From the NCBI GenBank assembly GCA_963757215.1, contig CAVWQH010000001.1, forward strand, positions 26,977 through 90,976: a stretch of DNA of 64,000 nucleotides. The letters are read 5' to 3'. Below are positions 17,392 through 28,499 of the stretch, piece after piece. The notes under the pieces are model-generated. The model searched no databases. It was not told the DNA's origin and was given only the letters and a program-made list of their open reading frames with translations. Origin of the DNA: an uncultured Actinomycetota bacterium (lineage in GTDB: Bacteria; Actinomycetota; Actinomycetes; Mycobacteriales; Mycobacteriaceae). Every line of letters starts with the position of its first letter. Position 1 is the first letter of the stretch. The position numbers and the translations under genes were made by a program.

Positions 17392-18637
17392 CGCCGGCGT
17401 GCTGCTGAGCGACCTCGGCGAGCAATGCGCGGATGGCGTCGATCGACTTCTCCGGTTCCGGTCCGTGCGAGTGGTATTCGACGTTGAGCTGTTCGGCGTA
17501 GATCTGGGTGAAGTAGATCTCGATGCCGGCGCTGACCTGAAAGTAGAGTTCGCCGTGCGTCGTCGTGACCTCGACACCCTCGGGTGTGCGCACCGGCGGC
17601 ACCAATCCGTTGTCGGACAACAACACCACGTCGGGCATGCCGGGCGCATTGCCGACATACTGCGGGCTGAAGTGCAGGCGTGACTGCTGGATGACGCCCT
17701 CGTCCAGGTCACCCTTGAACGTCGCCGCGATGTCGCGGGCCAACTCGACCACCGTGGTCTTCTGGTTGATCTCCGCGAGGTAGGTGCCCAGCCCGACCGG
17801 GTTGGTACACCCGGTCGCCGACACCGGCGGCGACAGGAAATAACGCAGGTCGACGGTGTAGATGAAGGGCACCGGAATGTTCAGCCGGCCGCGCACCTGC
17901 CATTCCCCGATCAGGATCGCGGCCGACAACACGGAGTGCAGACCCAGCTTCTCGGCGCGGCAGAGTTCGACGATCGCGTGTGTCTGGGCTTCACTGAGCC
18001 GGCACGATGCCATCGGAACCCGCACGGGCGACGGGGGTTTCGCCCCGGTGTCGCCGCGCCGGGACGGCGGGAGGTCGTAGGCGAACAGCGCCGGCATGAA
18101 CCGTTCGATGCCCGAACGCGATCCTTTCTGGATACCTCGATCGGCGAGCACGGTCTCGATCGACTCCGGCGCGGGCTGCGCGATCACCGGAGCGGTCTTC
18201 CCTGCTGTGACCAGATCGGTGTAGAACGACAGCAATTCCTCGATCAGGCCGTACATGTGGTGACCGTCGGCCAGCGCGTGGTGGACGTAGAGCGTGGGGT
18301 GCGCCTGCCCGTCGCGGATGAACAGCCGGAGGTGGACCAGCGACTCGCCCTGGTCGAAATGCGGTGGCGGATTGTCGGTCTGCGACGGGTCGACCTCGAT
18401 CACCTCGAGCCCCGAGTGCATGAGGTCGTCGGCGACCAGGTCGTGACGGCCGTCGGCACCGCGTTCCAGGCGTGCAGTGAGTACCGGGTGCGCCTCGAGC
18501 AGAAGGTCGAAGGCGTCCGTCAGCGCGTCGACATCGATCGGACCTTCCAGGTGTGCGGCGAGGCCGACGAAGTTGTGCGTCTCAGCGAGCATCTCCTCAC
18601 TGAGCGCCAGCTTGCGGATGACCGACGATGGAAACAC
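17384..18637 (-). CDS. PapA5-like polyketide-associated acyltransferase (stand-alone condensation-domain protein)
   Basis: 417 aa with a canonical HHxxxDG motif ([13 protein letters not shown], codons 18263-18283). The N-terminus [15 protein letters not shown] and later blocks (GVIQQS.LHF) match my memory of M. tuberculosis PapA5. Confidence 0.9.
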   Translation of the reverse strand: MFPSSVIRKLALSEEMLAETHNFVGLAAHLEGPIDVDALTDAFDLLLEAHPVLTARLERGADGRHDLVADDLMHSGLEVIEVDPSQTDNPPPHFDQGESLVHLRLFIRDGQAHPTLYVHHALADGHHMYGLIEELLSFYTDLVTAGKTAPVIAQPAPESIETVLADRGIQKGSRSGIERFMPALFAYDLPPSRRGDTGAKPPSPVRVPMASCRLSEAQTHAIVELCRAEKLGLHSVLSAAILIGEWQVRGRLNIPVPFIYTVDLRYFLSPPVSATGCTNPVGLGTYLAEINQKTTVVELARDIAATFKGDLDEGVIQQSRLHFSPQYVGNAPGMPDVVLLSDNGLVPPVRTPEGVEVTTTHGELYFQVSAGIEIYFTQIYAEQLNVEYHSHGPEPEKSIDAIRALLAEVAQQHAGVS

Positions 18638-18659
18638 GTTCTGCCTTTCTCAGCTCGTC

Positions 18660-20050
18660 TTACGACAAGTCCACCAGTTCCATGTCGTCGCTGCCGGAAT
18701 CGATCTCGTCCGCCGCGAGAGCTTCCCGGATCAGATCCAGCAAGTCTCGCGAGAACCCGTCGGCCAGCGACTGCACGCGGGCCGCGTCGACCCGCCGGGT
18801 GTCATGCCACCAATCCAGGTGCAACACCCCGCCCGAGCGGAACACTCGTAGCTCGATCGCGTGACCGAGACCCGGAATCGCCTCGCGCACCGGCAAAGCG
18901 GTGTCCGAGTCGAACTGGACGGCGACGTCGTCGCCCAGCGCGGGCAACTCGGGGATGGTGCCGATGTAGTTGAAGAAGATCTCGGCCGGCCGGGACACCC
19001 CGAGCGCACGCGCGGTGGGCGCGTAGAGGTAACGCAGCAACCCGTAGCCGATTCCGTAGTGGGGCACCGCAGCCAGCGCGGTGTGCACCTCGTCCAGTGC
19101 CTGCTTGGCGTTGGCGCCGTTGGCGTTCGCGATGGCGCAGTTGAGCGCGACCGGGTACACGGTGCTGAACCAGCCGACCGTGCGGCGAAGGTCGACGTCG
19201 GGCTTGAGCACCGACCGCCCGTCGCCATTGACGTCGACGGCGACCGAACCTTCGCCGACAGCGGCCGCGATGGTCTGGCCGAGGGCGGCCAGCAGCATTT
19301 CGTCAATCGGCACCCGGAGTCGCCGTCGTGCGTCGTCGATCTCGGTGGTTTCCGCGACGGTCAACGTCGTCGACAGTCGGGACAGATCGGCCACCCGCGG
19401 CGCCTCGTGCACGCCGGCACCCGCCACCCGCAGGTTCGCGCCGGCCGCCGTCCGCAGCCAGAAGTCGCGGCTGTCGACGACCGCCGGGTGGACGGCCAGC
19501 GCCGCGCAACGCTGTGACCACTCGGCCCACGGCACGGAGATCGGCTGCAGCGCAATCTCTTCCCCGGCCAGCCGCTGTCCGAATGCGGTGAAGATGTCGG
19601 TCAGCAGGATGTCGCGGGAGGCGTTGTCGGCCGCGATGGCCGGCACGCTGATCGCGAGGTGGCACGAACCACCCTCCGCGCCAGTGACATACGTGGCGAC
19701 CAACGGGTGGCTGGACAGATCCTGTGAGCTGATCTGTTCCTGAAGGATGGCCAGCACCGCCTCGCGCTCCTGCGGGCTGCCCGCCGCGACATCGCCGGGC
19801 AGTGCTGCGGTGGCCAACTCGACGAGCTCTTCCGGCCCGCCGATGACCTGCTCCCAGGTGCCCGCCCGTTCGACGAGGCGAAGACGCAGCGCCTCGTGTT
19901 GATTGACGATCGCGGTGAGCACGGCGCGGATGTCGTCGGTCTGCACGTCCGGCCGCAGCCGCAGGATCAGCGGCACCCGCCACTGGCCGTGCTCGGCGAC
20001 CCCGTACTCGAGGAAGTACGAGATGTTCGGCGGGACAGGCGGATGCGTCA
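18660..20050 (-). other. C-terminal condensation-like domain of PKS5 with a non-canonical active-site motif
   Basis: The HHxxxDG position reads SVPAIAADNAS (19617-19646). Confidence 0.7.
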
Positions 20051-23000
20051 CGTCACCGGGTGACTGACGGGCCAGGCCGCCGGCCGTGTAGCGGGCGGTC
20101 AACGCCTTGGCTAGCGCGGCGACAGTCTGGTTCTCGTAGAGATCCTGCGGGGTGAGATCCAGGCCTTCGTTGCCGGCGGTCATCGCGACGCTGATCGCGA
20201 CCAGCGAGTCACCGCCCAGCTCGAAGAAGTTGGCCCTGCGGTCGACCGTGCCCAGGCCGAGGCACTGTCCCCAGATGCGCTGCAGGGTGGCCTCCATCGG
20301 CGACTGACCGTTCTTGGCCGCCGAGGCCGCCCCGGTAACGTCCGCCGTGGCAGCAGCTCCGTCGGCCACCGCGGTGTTGCCCGCCCATACGCTGGCCCGG
20401 TGCTCGATCCAATGCCGTTGACGCTCAAAAGGATAGCCCGGCAGGGTGATCAGCTGCGCCGAGTGCCCACCGCGCAGCGGCGACCAGTCCACCTCGACAC
20501 CGGCCGACCAGAGTTGGCCCAGCGCAAGCAGGAAGGCGTCCCGGTCGTCGCGGTTCTGCGCGTGATGGCGCATCAGCCGGACCGCGCGATGCCCGCTCGA
20601 CCACCGGGGGTGCCGGCTCGCCGAGGACGTCAGCGTGCCGCCGGGGCCTACCTCGATCAGGATCCGGTTCGGGTCGCCGAGTAGCACGTCGACCTCGTCG
20701 GAGAACCGCACCGTCGAGCGCACCTGGCGCGCCCAGGTGGCCGGGTTGATGGCTTCGCTGGCAGCCAGCCAGGTACCGGTGACGTTGGACAGCAATGGAA
20801 TATGGGGTTCGCGAAGGGTCTGGCGGGATAGGAAACCGGTGAACTCCGGGATCATCGAATCCATCAGCCGCGAGTGGAATGCGTGCGACGTGCGGACCCG
20901 GCGGGCCACGATGCCCTTCTCGGTGAGACGTTCGCTGAACTCGCGGATGCCTTCCTCGGATCCCGCGACGACGCAGCCGCCCGGCTCGTTGATTGCGGCG
21001 ATGTCGACCTCGCCGTTGAGGTACTCGCCCACCGCCTCGGGGCTCAGCGCCACCGCGACCATGACACCGCGCGGCGCGGCGTGCATCAGACGGGCACGCA
21101 TCGACACCACCTTGACGGCCGTCTCGACGTCGAAAACGCCGGCGATGGTGCCGGCGACATACTCGCCGATGCTGTGACCGGCCAGCGCCGCGGGCCGGAC
21201 TCCGTAGCTCTCAACCAGCTTCGCCAACGCGTACTCGACGGTGAACAGCGCGGGCTGGGTGCGGTCGGTGCGCTCCAGGTTGCGGGCCGTGCCCTCGAAG
21301 ATCTCGGCGCGAAGGTCGACGCCCAGCTCCTCGCCGAAACCGTCCGCGCACTGGTCGAAGTGCTCGGCGAACACCGGCTCGTGGTCGTAGAGGCCGCGGG
21401 CCATCCCGACGTGCTGCGCGCCCTGGCCAGGGAACAGGAAGATTACGCGCTCGGAATCCTTTGCGCCCGGTACGGATTCACCGACGAACACGTTGTCGTT
21501 CTCGCCGGCCTCCAGAACGGAGATCGCGTCCGGGACGTCCTTGACCACGGCGGCCATCCGGACGGAGTCCCTGCGGCGCCGGGCGAGCGTGTAGGCGACG
21601 TCGGCAAGATTGGCCCCGCCCGCGGAGTTCTGAGCGAGTTCGGCGGCCAACGACTTGCGGGACTGCTCCAGCGCGTCGGCGCTGCGCGCCGACATCAGCA
21701 GCACTTGTGCGCCGGACACCGGCGCCGAGGCCGCGATGCGAGGTGCTTCCTCGAGCACCACGTGCGCGTTGGTGCCACCGACACCGAACGAGCTGACCCC
21801 CGCGCGCAGAACGCCGTCCCACTCCCAGGGACCGTACTCACTGCGAACCTTGAAAGGTCCACGGTCGAGATGCAATTCGGGGTTCGGGCTGGTGTAATGC
21901 AGCGTCGCGGGGATGGCCCGGTGCTTGAGGCACAGAATTGCCTTGATCAGGCTGGCGATACCGGCCGCCGATTCCAGGTGGCCGATGTTGGACTTGACCG
22001 AGCCGATGTAACAGGGGCCGGAGCGGGGCTCCTCGGACACCTCGAAAGCTTGTCGCAGACCCTCGATTTCGATCGGGTCGCCCAGCGGGGTACCGGTGCC
22101 GTGCGTCTCGACGTAGCTGATCTCCGACGCGTCGACCTCGGCAATCGCATGCGCCTCCGCGATGACGTCGGCCTGTCCGGCCGCAGTCGGAGCGGCGTAG
22201 GTCATCTTCGTCGAGCCGTCGTTGTTCAGCGCCGAACCGCGGATCACGGCGTGGATGCGGTCGCCGTCGTCGACGGCGTCCTGCAGCGCCTTGAGCACCA
22301 CCACGCCGACGCCGCTGCCGAAAATCGTTCCGTCCGAACGTGCATCGAACGGCCGGCAGTGACCGGTCGGCGACACCATCGAGCCGGGGGCGTACCAGTA
22401 CCCGACGTGGTGCGGGATCCGAATCGACGCACCACCGGCCAGCGCCAGTTCACACTCGCCGTTCAGGATGCTCTGGCAGGCCAGGTGCACCGCCACCAAC
22501 GCCGAGGAGCAGGCCGTCTGCACCGACAGTGCGGGCCCGCGCAGATTCATCGCGTAGGCCACCTTGGTGGCCAGGTAGTCCTTGTCGTTCTGCATCGACA
22601 GCTCGACCATGTCGAACGTGATGCCTTGTCCCATGACCACATTCGGGTCACGGTTGGACATGATGTTGTGCAACAGATAACCGCTGGTGGTGCTGGTCGC
22701 GTAGACGCCCACCGTGCCCTCGATCTCGGCAGGGTCGTAGCCGGCGTCCTCGATCGCGTGGAACGCGGTCTGCAGGAACAGCCGATGTTGCGGGTCCGTC
22801 GAGCGCGCTGCCTGCGGGGTGAAACCGAAGAAGTCGGCGTCGAATTCGTCGATGCCATCCATGAGCGCGGCACGTCGCACGTAGGCGTGGTTGGCCAGCG
22901 ACTTCTCCGGAATGCCCTCGGCCAGCAAGTCGTCTTCGGCCAGCGTGACGATCGACTCTTCGCCGCGGCGCAGGTTGTCCCAGAATGCCGACAGCGTGCT

Positions 23001-23072
23001 GGCGCCGGGCAAGCGGGCCGCCATGCCGACCACCGCGATCGCGTTGGGCGGCAATTCGCTGTTGCTGGTCAC
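18660..23072 (-). CDS. type I PKS, KS-AT-ACP-C (PpsE-like terminal module), here called PKS5
   Basis: KS motifs (TACSSALV, HGTGT, NIGH). AT motifs (GHSIGE and HAFH, the malonyl-type signature). Carrier domain LGGDSL. C-terminal condensation-fold domain of about 450 aa. The GTG start overlaps the PKS4 stop (GTGA). Confidence 0.9.
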   Translation of the reverse strand: MTSNSELPPNAIAVVGMAARLPGASTLSAFWDNLRRGEESIVTLAEDDLLAEGIPEKSLANHAYVRRAALMDGIDEFDADFFGFTPQAARSTDPQHRLFLQTAFHAIEDAGYDPAEIEGTVGVYATSTTSGYLLHNIMSNRDPNVVMGQGITFDMVELSMQNDKDYLATKVAYAMNLRGPALSVQTACSSALVAVHLACQSILNGECELALAGGASIRIPHHVGYWYAPGSMVSPTGHCRPFDARSDGTIFGSGVGVVVLKALQDAVDDGDRIHAVIRGSALNNDGSTKMTYAAPTAAGQADVIAEAHAIAEVDASEISYVETHGTGTPLGDPIEIEGLRQAFEVSEEPRSGPCYIGSVKSNIGHLESAAGIASLIKAILCLKHRAIPATLHYTSPNPELHLDRGPFKVRSEYGPWEWDGVLRAGVSSFGVGGTNAHVVLEEAPRIAASAPVSGAQVLLMSARSADALEQSRKSLAAELAQNSAGGANLADVAYTLARRRRDSVRMAAVVKDVPDAISVLEAGENDNVFVGESVPGAKDSERVIFLFPGQGAQHVGMARGLYDHEPVFAEHFDQCADGFGEELGVDLRAEIFEGTARNLERTDRTQPALFTVEYALAKLVESYGVRPAALAGHSIGEYVAGTIAGVFDVETAVKVVSMRARLMHAAPRGVMVAVALSPEAVGEYLNGEVDIAAINEPGGCVVAGSEEGIREFSERLTEKGIVARRVRTSHAFHSRLMDSMIPEFTGFLSRQTLREPHIPLLSNVTGTWLAASEAINPATWARQVRSTVRFSDEVDVLLGDPNRILIEVGPGGTLTSSASRHPRWSSGHRAVRLMRHHAQNRDDRDAFLLALGQLWSAGVEVDWSPLRGGHSAQLITLPGYPFERQRHWIEHRASVWAGNTAVADGAAATADVTGAASAAKNGQSPMEATLQRIWGQCLGLGTVDRRANFFELGGDSLVAISVAMTAGNEGLDLTPQDLYENQTVAALAKALTARYTAGGLARQSPGDVTHPPVPPNISYFLEYGVAEHGQWRVPLILRLRPDVQTDDIRAVLTAIVNQHEALRLRLVERAGTWEQVIGGPEELVELATAALPGDVAAGSPQEREAVLAILQEQISSQDLSSHPLVATYVTGAEGGSCHLAISVPAIAADNASRDILLTDIFTAFGQRLAGEEIALQPISVPWAEWSQRCAALAVHPAVVDSRDFWLRTAAGANLRVAGAGVHEAPRVADLSRLSTTLTVAETTEIDDARRRLRVPIDEMLLAALGQTIAAAVGEGSVAVDVNGDGRSVLKPDVDLRRTVGWFSTVYPVALNCAIANANGANAKQALDEVHTALAAVPHYGIGYGLLRYLYAPTARALGVSRPAEIFFNYIGTIPELPALGDDVAVQFDSDTALPVREAIPGLGHAIELRVFRSGGVLHLDWWHDTRRVDAARVQSLADGFSRDLLDLIREALAADEIDSGSDDMELVDLS

Positions 23073-26000
23073 ACTCGGTCTCCTACCCTCCGCCGAGCCG
23101 CCGCACGCTGCCGGGCCGCGGCACGCTGCTTGGCTCGGTCGCGCACTCCCCCGCCGCTGTCGGCCTTTTCGGCGGTCTCGAGGCCCAGCTGGCGGATGAG
23201 GTCGGTGGTCAATGCGGTCAATGAGGCGCCCTGCAGCAACAGGGCCACCGGCGGTTCGACACCGAAGTCGCCACGGACAGTGTTGCGGATTCGTACGGCC
23301 ATAAGCGAATCCATGCCCAGTTCGGTCAGCGGCTGATCGGGATCGAGGGTGCTGCCCTTCGGGTAGCCCATGATGGCCAGGATGCGCGTGGCGAGCCGTC
23401 CGATGACGACCCGGTTCACCTCGGCAGGGTCCAGCTCGCGCAGCGCGTCGGGGCCGGCCCAGTCGTCATCCTCGTCGTCGATGTCCAGTTCGGCGGCCAG
23501 CTTGGAGAAGAAGCCCAGCTGCTGGATCTCCGGGAACGCGGCCGCGGCCCGGTCCAGCCGCAGCCTGGCCACCCCGATATTGGTGGGCCGGCCGGCCAGG
23601 ATGGCCTCCAGCGCCTCGATACCCTCGGCCGGCGAAATCGGGTCCAGCGCACTGAAAGTCAACGCGCGGGCCACGCCGATATCGGACCACTGGCCCCAGT
23701 TGATGGTGGTGGCAGGCAATCCCGACGCGCGTCGCCAGTCGACAAGGCCGTCCAGCCAGGCGCTCGCCGCGGCGTAGGCGCCCTGCCCGGGTGCGCCCAG
23801 CAGCGACGACGTCGAGGAGAAGCCGAGCCACCAGTCCAGGTCTTTGCCGACGGCCCCTGAAGTCACCGCGTGCAGCCGTAGCGCGCCATGGGCTTTGGGC
23901 GCCCACACCCGCTCCAGGCTGTCCTGGCTGAGGCCGGCGACGATCTGGTCGTCGAGCACGACCGCGCTGTGCATCACGCCACGCAGTGTCAGACCGGTCT
24001 CTTGGGCTGAACTGACCAACTTTTCCGCAACGCCGGGTGCCGCGATGTCGCCGAGTACGACGGCGACCTGGGCGCGCTGTCCGAGTTCCTCGACCAGTGC
24101 CTGCGCCTCGTCGGACGGCGTGGAGCGGCCGTTGAGCACCACGCGTCCGGCACCGCGGTCGACGAGCCAGCGGGCCATCGCGAGGCCGAGCCCGCGCAGG
24201 CCACCGGTGATGATGTAGGCGCCGTCGGAACGAACGGTGTTGTCGTTCTTGGCCGTTGGCAAGGTGGCGCGAGAAAGCCGTTTCGCATAGCGCTTGTCGT
24301 CACGCCACGCGATCACATCGTCGCCGGCCAGCCCGAATTCGGTGCTCAAGCCGCTCACGTCGTCACCGGCCAGGTCAACCAGGGTGGTGCGCAGGTCTGG
24401 GTGCTCGTAGGCCAGCACCCGGATCAGACCGGTCAGGGCGCTGACCGACGGGTCGCCGGACTCGCCGTCGCGGACGGCCAGTCCGTCACGGGACACCACC
24501 CACAGCCGGGGCGGTTTGCCATGCCAGCCGGTGAGGATCGTGCGGACCGTCGACGCGACTCCCCAGGTGAGGTCGCGACCCCGGCCCGCGGCGTCGCCGG
24601 ACTCGGAGCCGTCGAACGACTGCCGGCCCGCGAAGACGACCACGCCGACCGGCGGCAACTCGGCGTCGCCGGCGGTCTGCGAGAATGCCTCCAGCACAGC
24701 CGATTCCTGGGTCAGGTCGGCGGTGAGCAACCGTCGGGTCGGCGTGCCGAATACCGCGGCGAATTCCTTGGCGACGGCCTCGGACTCGGCGCCGTCGGTC
24801 AGCACCAGCCAACTGCCGTCCGGGGCCGCCGCCGATGCGTCGATCGGTGTCTCGACCCATTGGGTGTCGAAGATCTTCTGTTCCAACGGCATTGGCACCG
24901 TGCGGCGCTGCACACGCTGCAGGTAGATGCCGCTGATCTCAGCGGTGGGGGTGCCGGCCTCATCGGTGATCAGCACCCGGCCGTTGATGCCGGCGCCGCC
25001 CCCATCCGGGTTGACCAACTCGGCGCGGCACCGGGCGCGACGCCCTACCTCGCCGAACACCCGGATCTTCTCGAACGACACCGGAAGATAGGTGGCTTCG
25101 TCGGCGTCGGCCAACGATTCGCTCGACAGCGCGGCGGCCAGGCCCTGCAGCGCCGCGTCGAGCAGCACCGGGTGGATGCGGTAGCCACGATGTCCGGTGG
25201 CCTCGTCGGGCAACACGATCTCGGTTTCCGACGTGCCGTTGGGACGGCGCACGATGCGGGTCAGCGCGGCAAACGCCTGCCCGTGGTGCAGACCGGTGGC
25301 GCGCAACGCCGAGTAGAGGTCCGCGGGTGACAACACCGTGCCGGGTTCCGACGACGAGGGCGCAACAGTCGGCGGTTCCGACTGCCCCACTTCAACTTTG
25401 GCGACGGCGTGGCGGATCCATGCGCCGGTGGCCGAGCGCGAATGGATTTCGACGCGGATCTCGTCGCCGTCCTTCTCGCCGCGGGTCAACTGCGTGGTGA
25501 GCTGGGTCGAGTCGCCCAGCGGCAGCATCTGCTCGACCTCGACGCCGACCGACACCGACGTGGCGGGCAGGCCCAGCGCCTCGCTGGCGGCGGCCAATGC
25601 GATCTCGCCGAAGCCGGTGCCGGGCATGACTGGTTGGCCGTGCACCTTGTGGTCGAGCAGGTACGGAACGAGTTCGGTGCCGACGTCGGCGGTGAAGACG
25701 TGGTCGCGACCCGAAGGCAATTCGACGTGCGTGCCGAGCAGTGGGTGGGCGCTGGCCGGCTGCCGGTTGGTCGCGGTCGGCGCCGCCCAGTAGCGGACGT
25801 GCTGCCACGGCGTCGGCGGCAGGTCGACGAGTTTCTTTGTGCCGTCGGCATTGTGCGCTGCGGCGACCGACGGCGGCCGCACCGTCGCCAGCTGGGTGTG
25901 GAATGCCAGCGTCTCGGGGTTGTCGCGGGTCAGGGTTCCGGCGACCTGGGCGCCACCACGCGGCTTGGCCGACTCCAGCGTGCCGTTGATGGCATGGCTG

Positions 26001-28483
26001 AGCAGCGGGTGGGGGCTGACTTCGATGAATGTGGTGTGGGCTACCGGTCCTTCCAAGGCCTGAGTTATGGCCTGGCTGAACCGCACCGGGTTGCGCAGGT
26101 TCACCACCCAGTAGTCGGCGTCGAACGTGGCGTCGCCGTCCTTGCCGACCGTGCTGATCAACGGGATCCTCGGCGTCATCGGCTTCAGTTCTGCCAGAGC
26201 GGCTTTCAGCTCGGCCAGGATCGGGTCGACGGTCGGGTGGTGCGAGGCCACGTCCACCTCGACCCGCCGGGCCAGCTTGCCCTGCCCGTCGACGATCGCG
26301 ACGACAGCGTCCACCTGGTCGGGCGGTCCGGCGATGACGGTCTGCTGCGGGGCGGCGTACACCGCCACCGTGATGTCAGGGTGCTGGCCGACCAGCTTCT
26401 CGGCCTCGTCGGCACCCAACTCCAGCAGCGCCATCGCGCCCTGTCCGGACAGCCGCAGCATCAACTTCGAGCGCGTCGCAATCACTTTCAGACCGTCGGC
26501 CGGGCTGAGCGCACCCGACACCACCGCCGCGGTCACCTCACCCATCGAATGACCGATCACCGCATCGGGCTCAACCCCGTAAGACCGCCATAATGCCGTC
26601 AACGCCAACTGCATACCGACCAGCACCGGCTGGATACGATCGATACCCACCACCGGCTCACCGGAGAACAGCACATCACGCAGCGAAAAACCCACCTGCG
26701 CAACAAAATCCGGCTCCAACTCGTCCACCGCCGCAGCGAATGCCGGCTCGTCGGCCAACAACTGCCGACCCATACCCTCCCACTGCGAACCCTGACCCGA
26801 ATACAGAAACACCGTGCCCTTGCCGCGCGGGACATCATGCGGGGCAACAACGCCCGGTGTCGGCTTGGCAACGGCGAGCGCACGCAGACCGGCCACGGTC
26901 TCGTCGCGGTCGCGCGCAGAGACGGTGGCGATCTTGTTGTGGCGGCTGCGGTAGCGGTTCACGGTGTGCGCGATGTCGGCCAACGGCACGTCGGCGCCCG
27001 GGCCGGACATCCAATCGGCCAGTGCCGCAGCCCAGGCCGCGATTCGCTGCTCGCTCTTGCCGGAGATCGTCAGCGTGGTCACCGGCGAGTCGGCGCCCGC
27101 AACCGGCACCGGATCCGGGCCTTGCTCGATCACGACGTGTGCGTTCGTCCCGCCGATGCCGAACGACGAGATCGCGGCGCGGCGCGGACCTTCTTCGGCC
27201 GGCCACGGACGCAGCTCGGTGGGAACGAAGATGCGGGTCGACTTATGGTCGATCGCCGGATTCCATTGCGAGAAGTTGAGATTCGGCGGAATCTGCGCCC
27301 GCTGCACCGACAGCGCGGCCTTGATGAATCCCGCAATGCCGGCGGCGGCCTCGAGGTGGCCGAAGTTGGATTTCACCGCACCCAGGGCGCAGTCGCCGTC
27401 GCCCTTGCCGTATTGGTCAGCCAGCGCTTCGAATTCGATCGGGTCGCCCAGTCCGGTGCCGGTGCCGTGCGCCTCGATGTAGTTGACCGAGCGTGCTTGC
27501 ACGTCGCCGCTACGCAGCGCGGCCTTGATGACGTCTTGCTGCGCAATGGTGTTGGGGGCGGTCAGACCGTTGGACCTGCCGTCCTGATTGACCGCGGAGC
27601 CCCGCACAACGGCGAGTACCCGGTCGCCGTCACGCACGGCGTCGGTCAGGCGTTTGAGCACCACCACGCCGCAGCCTTCGCCGCGGACGAATCCGTCGGC
27701 GCGCGAATCGAACGAGTAGCAGCGCCCGTTCGGAGACAACATGCCCCACTTGGACATCGCGATCTGGGTCTCCGGGCGCAGGATCAGGCTGACGCCACCG
27801 GCCAGGGCCAGATCGCTTTCCCGCAACCGCAAGCTCTGGCAGGCCAGGTGGATCGTTACCAGCGATGACGAGCAGGCGGAGTCGATCGCCACCGCCGGTC
27901 CGCGCAGCCCCAGCAGGTAGGCGATGCGCCCGACAGCCACCGCGTGCGCGTTGCCGGTGGCGGAGTAGGCGTCGATGGCGTCCGGATTCGCGGCCGAAAT
28001 CGTCTGGTATTCCCCGTAATACACGCCCATCAGCACTGCGGCTCGCACACCGGACAGCTCCTCGGTGGCGATCCCGGCGTGCTCGAGCGCTTCGTAGGCG
28101 ACCTCGAGCATCAGCCGCTGCTGGGGATCCATCGCCTCGGCTTCGCGCGGCGAGATCCCGAAATAGTCGGCGTCGAAGCCGGCGACGTCGGACAGGAAGC
28201 CGCCCCACTTGGACGACATCCGGCCGGGCGCGAACTGGTCCGCGTCGTAGAACTCGTCGGCATTCCAGCGGTCCGCCGGGATCTCGCTGATTCCGTCGCC
28301 GCCGTTGGCCAGGAAGTTCCAGTAGCCCTCGGGGCCGTTCGCGTCGCCGGGGAAGCGGCACCCGATGCCGACCACCGCGATCGGCTCGGCGGCGACGACC
28401 CGGGACGAAGTGTCGAACTTCTGGGTGATCGCGTCCCGCTGTTCGCCGGACATCGCCGAGACTCTGTCGTAAATGGTCGCCAT
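23069..28483 (-). CDS. type I PKS, KS-AT-DH-KR-ACP (PpsD-like), here called PKS4
   Basis: KS (SACSSSLV, HGTGT, NFGH). AT (GHSMGE, VASH). DH (HPLLG, HKVHGQPVMP, GLHHGQAF, LLDAALQ). KR (YIITGGLRGLG, LDD, YAAAS). ACP (LGMDSLMAV). ATG 28483 (MATIYDRV) is preferred over the longer listed ORF. Confidence 0.9.
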   Translation of the reverse strand: MATIYDRVSAMSGEQRDAITQKFDTSSRVVAAEPIAVVGIGCRFPGDANGPEGYWNFLANGGDGISEIPADRWNADEFYDADQFAPGRMSSKWGGFLSDVAGFDADYFGISPREAEAMDPQQRLMLEVAYEALEHAGIATEELSGVRAAVLMGVYYGEYQTISAANPDAIDAYSATGNAHAVAVGRIAYLLGLRGPAVAIDSACSSSLVTIHLACQSLRLRESDLALAGGVSLILRPETQIAMSKWGMLSPNGRCYSFDSRADGFVRGEGCGVVVLKRLTDAVRDGDRVLAVVRGSAVNQDGRSNGLTAPNTIAQQDVIKAALRSGDVQARSVNYIEAHGTGTGLGDPIEFEALADQYGKGDGDCALGAVKSNFGHLEAAAGIAGFIKAALSVQRAQIPPNLNFSQWNPAIDHKSTRIFVPTELRPWPAEEGPRRAAISSFGIGGTNAHVVIEQGPDPVPVAGADSPVTTLTISGKSEQRIAAWAAALADWMSGPGADVPLADIAHTVNRYRSRHNKIATVSARDRDETVAGLRALAVAKPTPGVVAPHDVPRGKGTVFLYSGQGSQWEGMGRQLLADEPAFAAAVDELEPDFVAQVGFSLRDVLFSGEPVVGIDRIQPVLVGMQLALTALWRSYGVEPDAVIGHSMGEVTAAVVSGALSPADGLKVIATRSKLMLRLSGQGAMALLELGADEAEKLVGQHPDITVAVYAAPQQTVIAGPPDQVDAVVAIVDGQGKLARRVEVDVASHHPTVDPILAELKAALAELKPMTPRIPLISTVGKDGDATFDADYWVVNLRNPVRFSQAITQALEGPVAHTTFIEVSPHPLLSHAINGTLESAKPRGGAQVAGTLTRDNPETLAFHTQLATVRPPSVAAAHNADGTKKLVDLPPTPWQHVRYWAAPTATNRQPASAHPLLGTHVELPSGRDHVFTADVGTELVPYLLDHKVHGQPVMPGTGFGEIALAAASEALGLPATSVSVGVEVEQMLPLGDSTQLTTQLTRGEKDGDEIRVEIHSRSATGAWIRHAVAKVEVGQSEPPTVAPSSSEPGTVLSPADLYSALRATGLHHGQAFAALTRIVRRPNGTSETEIVLPDEATGHRGYRIHPVLLDAALQGLAAALSSESLADADEATYLPVSFEKIRVFGEVGRRARCRAELVNPDGGGAGINGRVLITDEAGTPTAEISGIYLQRVQRRTVPMPLEQKIFDTQWVETPIDASAAAPDGSWLVLTDGAESEAVAKEFAAVFGTPTRRLLTADLTQESAVLEAFSQTAGDAELPPVGVVVFAGRQSFDGSESGDAAGRGRDLTWGVASTVRTILTGWHGKPPRLWVVSRDGLAVRDGESGDPSVSALTGLIRVLAYEHPDLRTTLVDLAGDDVSGLSTEFGLAGDDVIAWRDDKRYAKRLSRATLPTAKNDNTVRSDGAYIITGGLRGLGLAMARWLVDRGAGRVVLNGRSTPSDEAQALVEELGQRAQVAVVLGDIAAPGVAEKLVSSAQETGLTLRGVMHSAVVLDDQIVAGLSQDSLERVWAPKAHGALRLHAVTSGAVGKDLDWWLGFSSTSSLLGAPGQGAYAAASAWLDGLVDWRRASGLPATTINWGQWSDIGVARALTFSALDPISPAEGIEALEAILAGRPTNIGVARLRLDRAAAAFPEIQQLGFFSKLAAELDIDDEDDDWAGPDALRELDPAEVNRVVIGRLATRILAIMGYPKGSTLDPDQPLTELGMDSLMAVRIRNTVRGDFGVEPPVALLLQGASLTALTTDLIRQLGLETAEKADSGGGVRDRAKQRAAARQRAAARRRVGDRV
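26440..26820 (-). repeat. near-identical DNA patch inside the AT domain (copy 1, PKS4)
   Basis: By eye there are about 15 mismatches over about 360 nt against 31725-32105. It is enriched in T-ending codons. Confidence 0.8.
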
Positions 28484-28499
28484 CAGAAGATTCTTCCCA

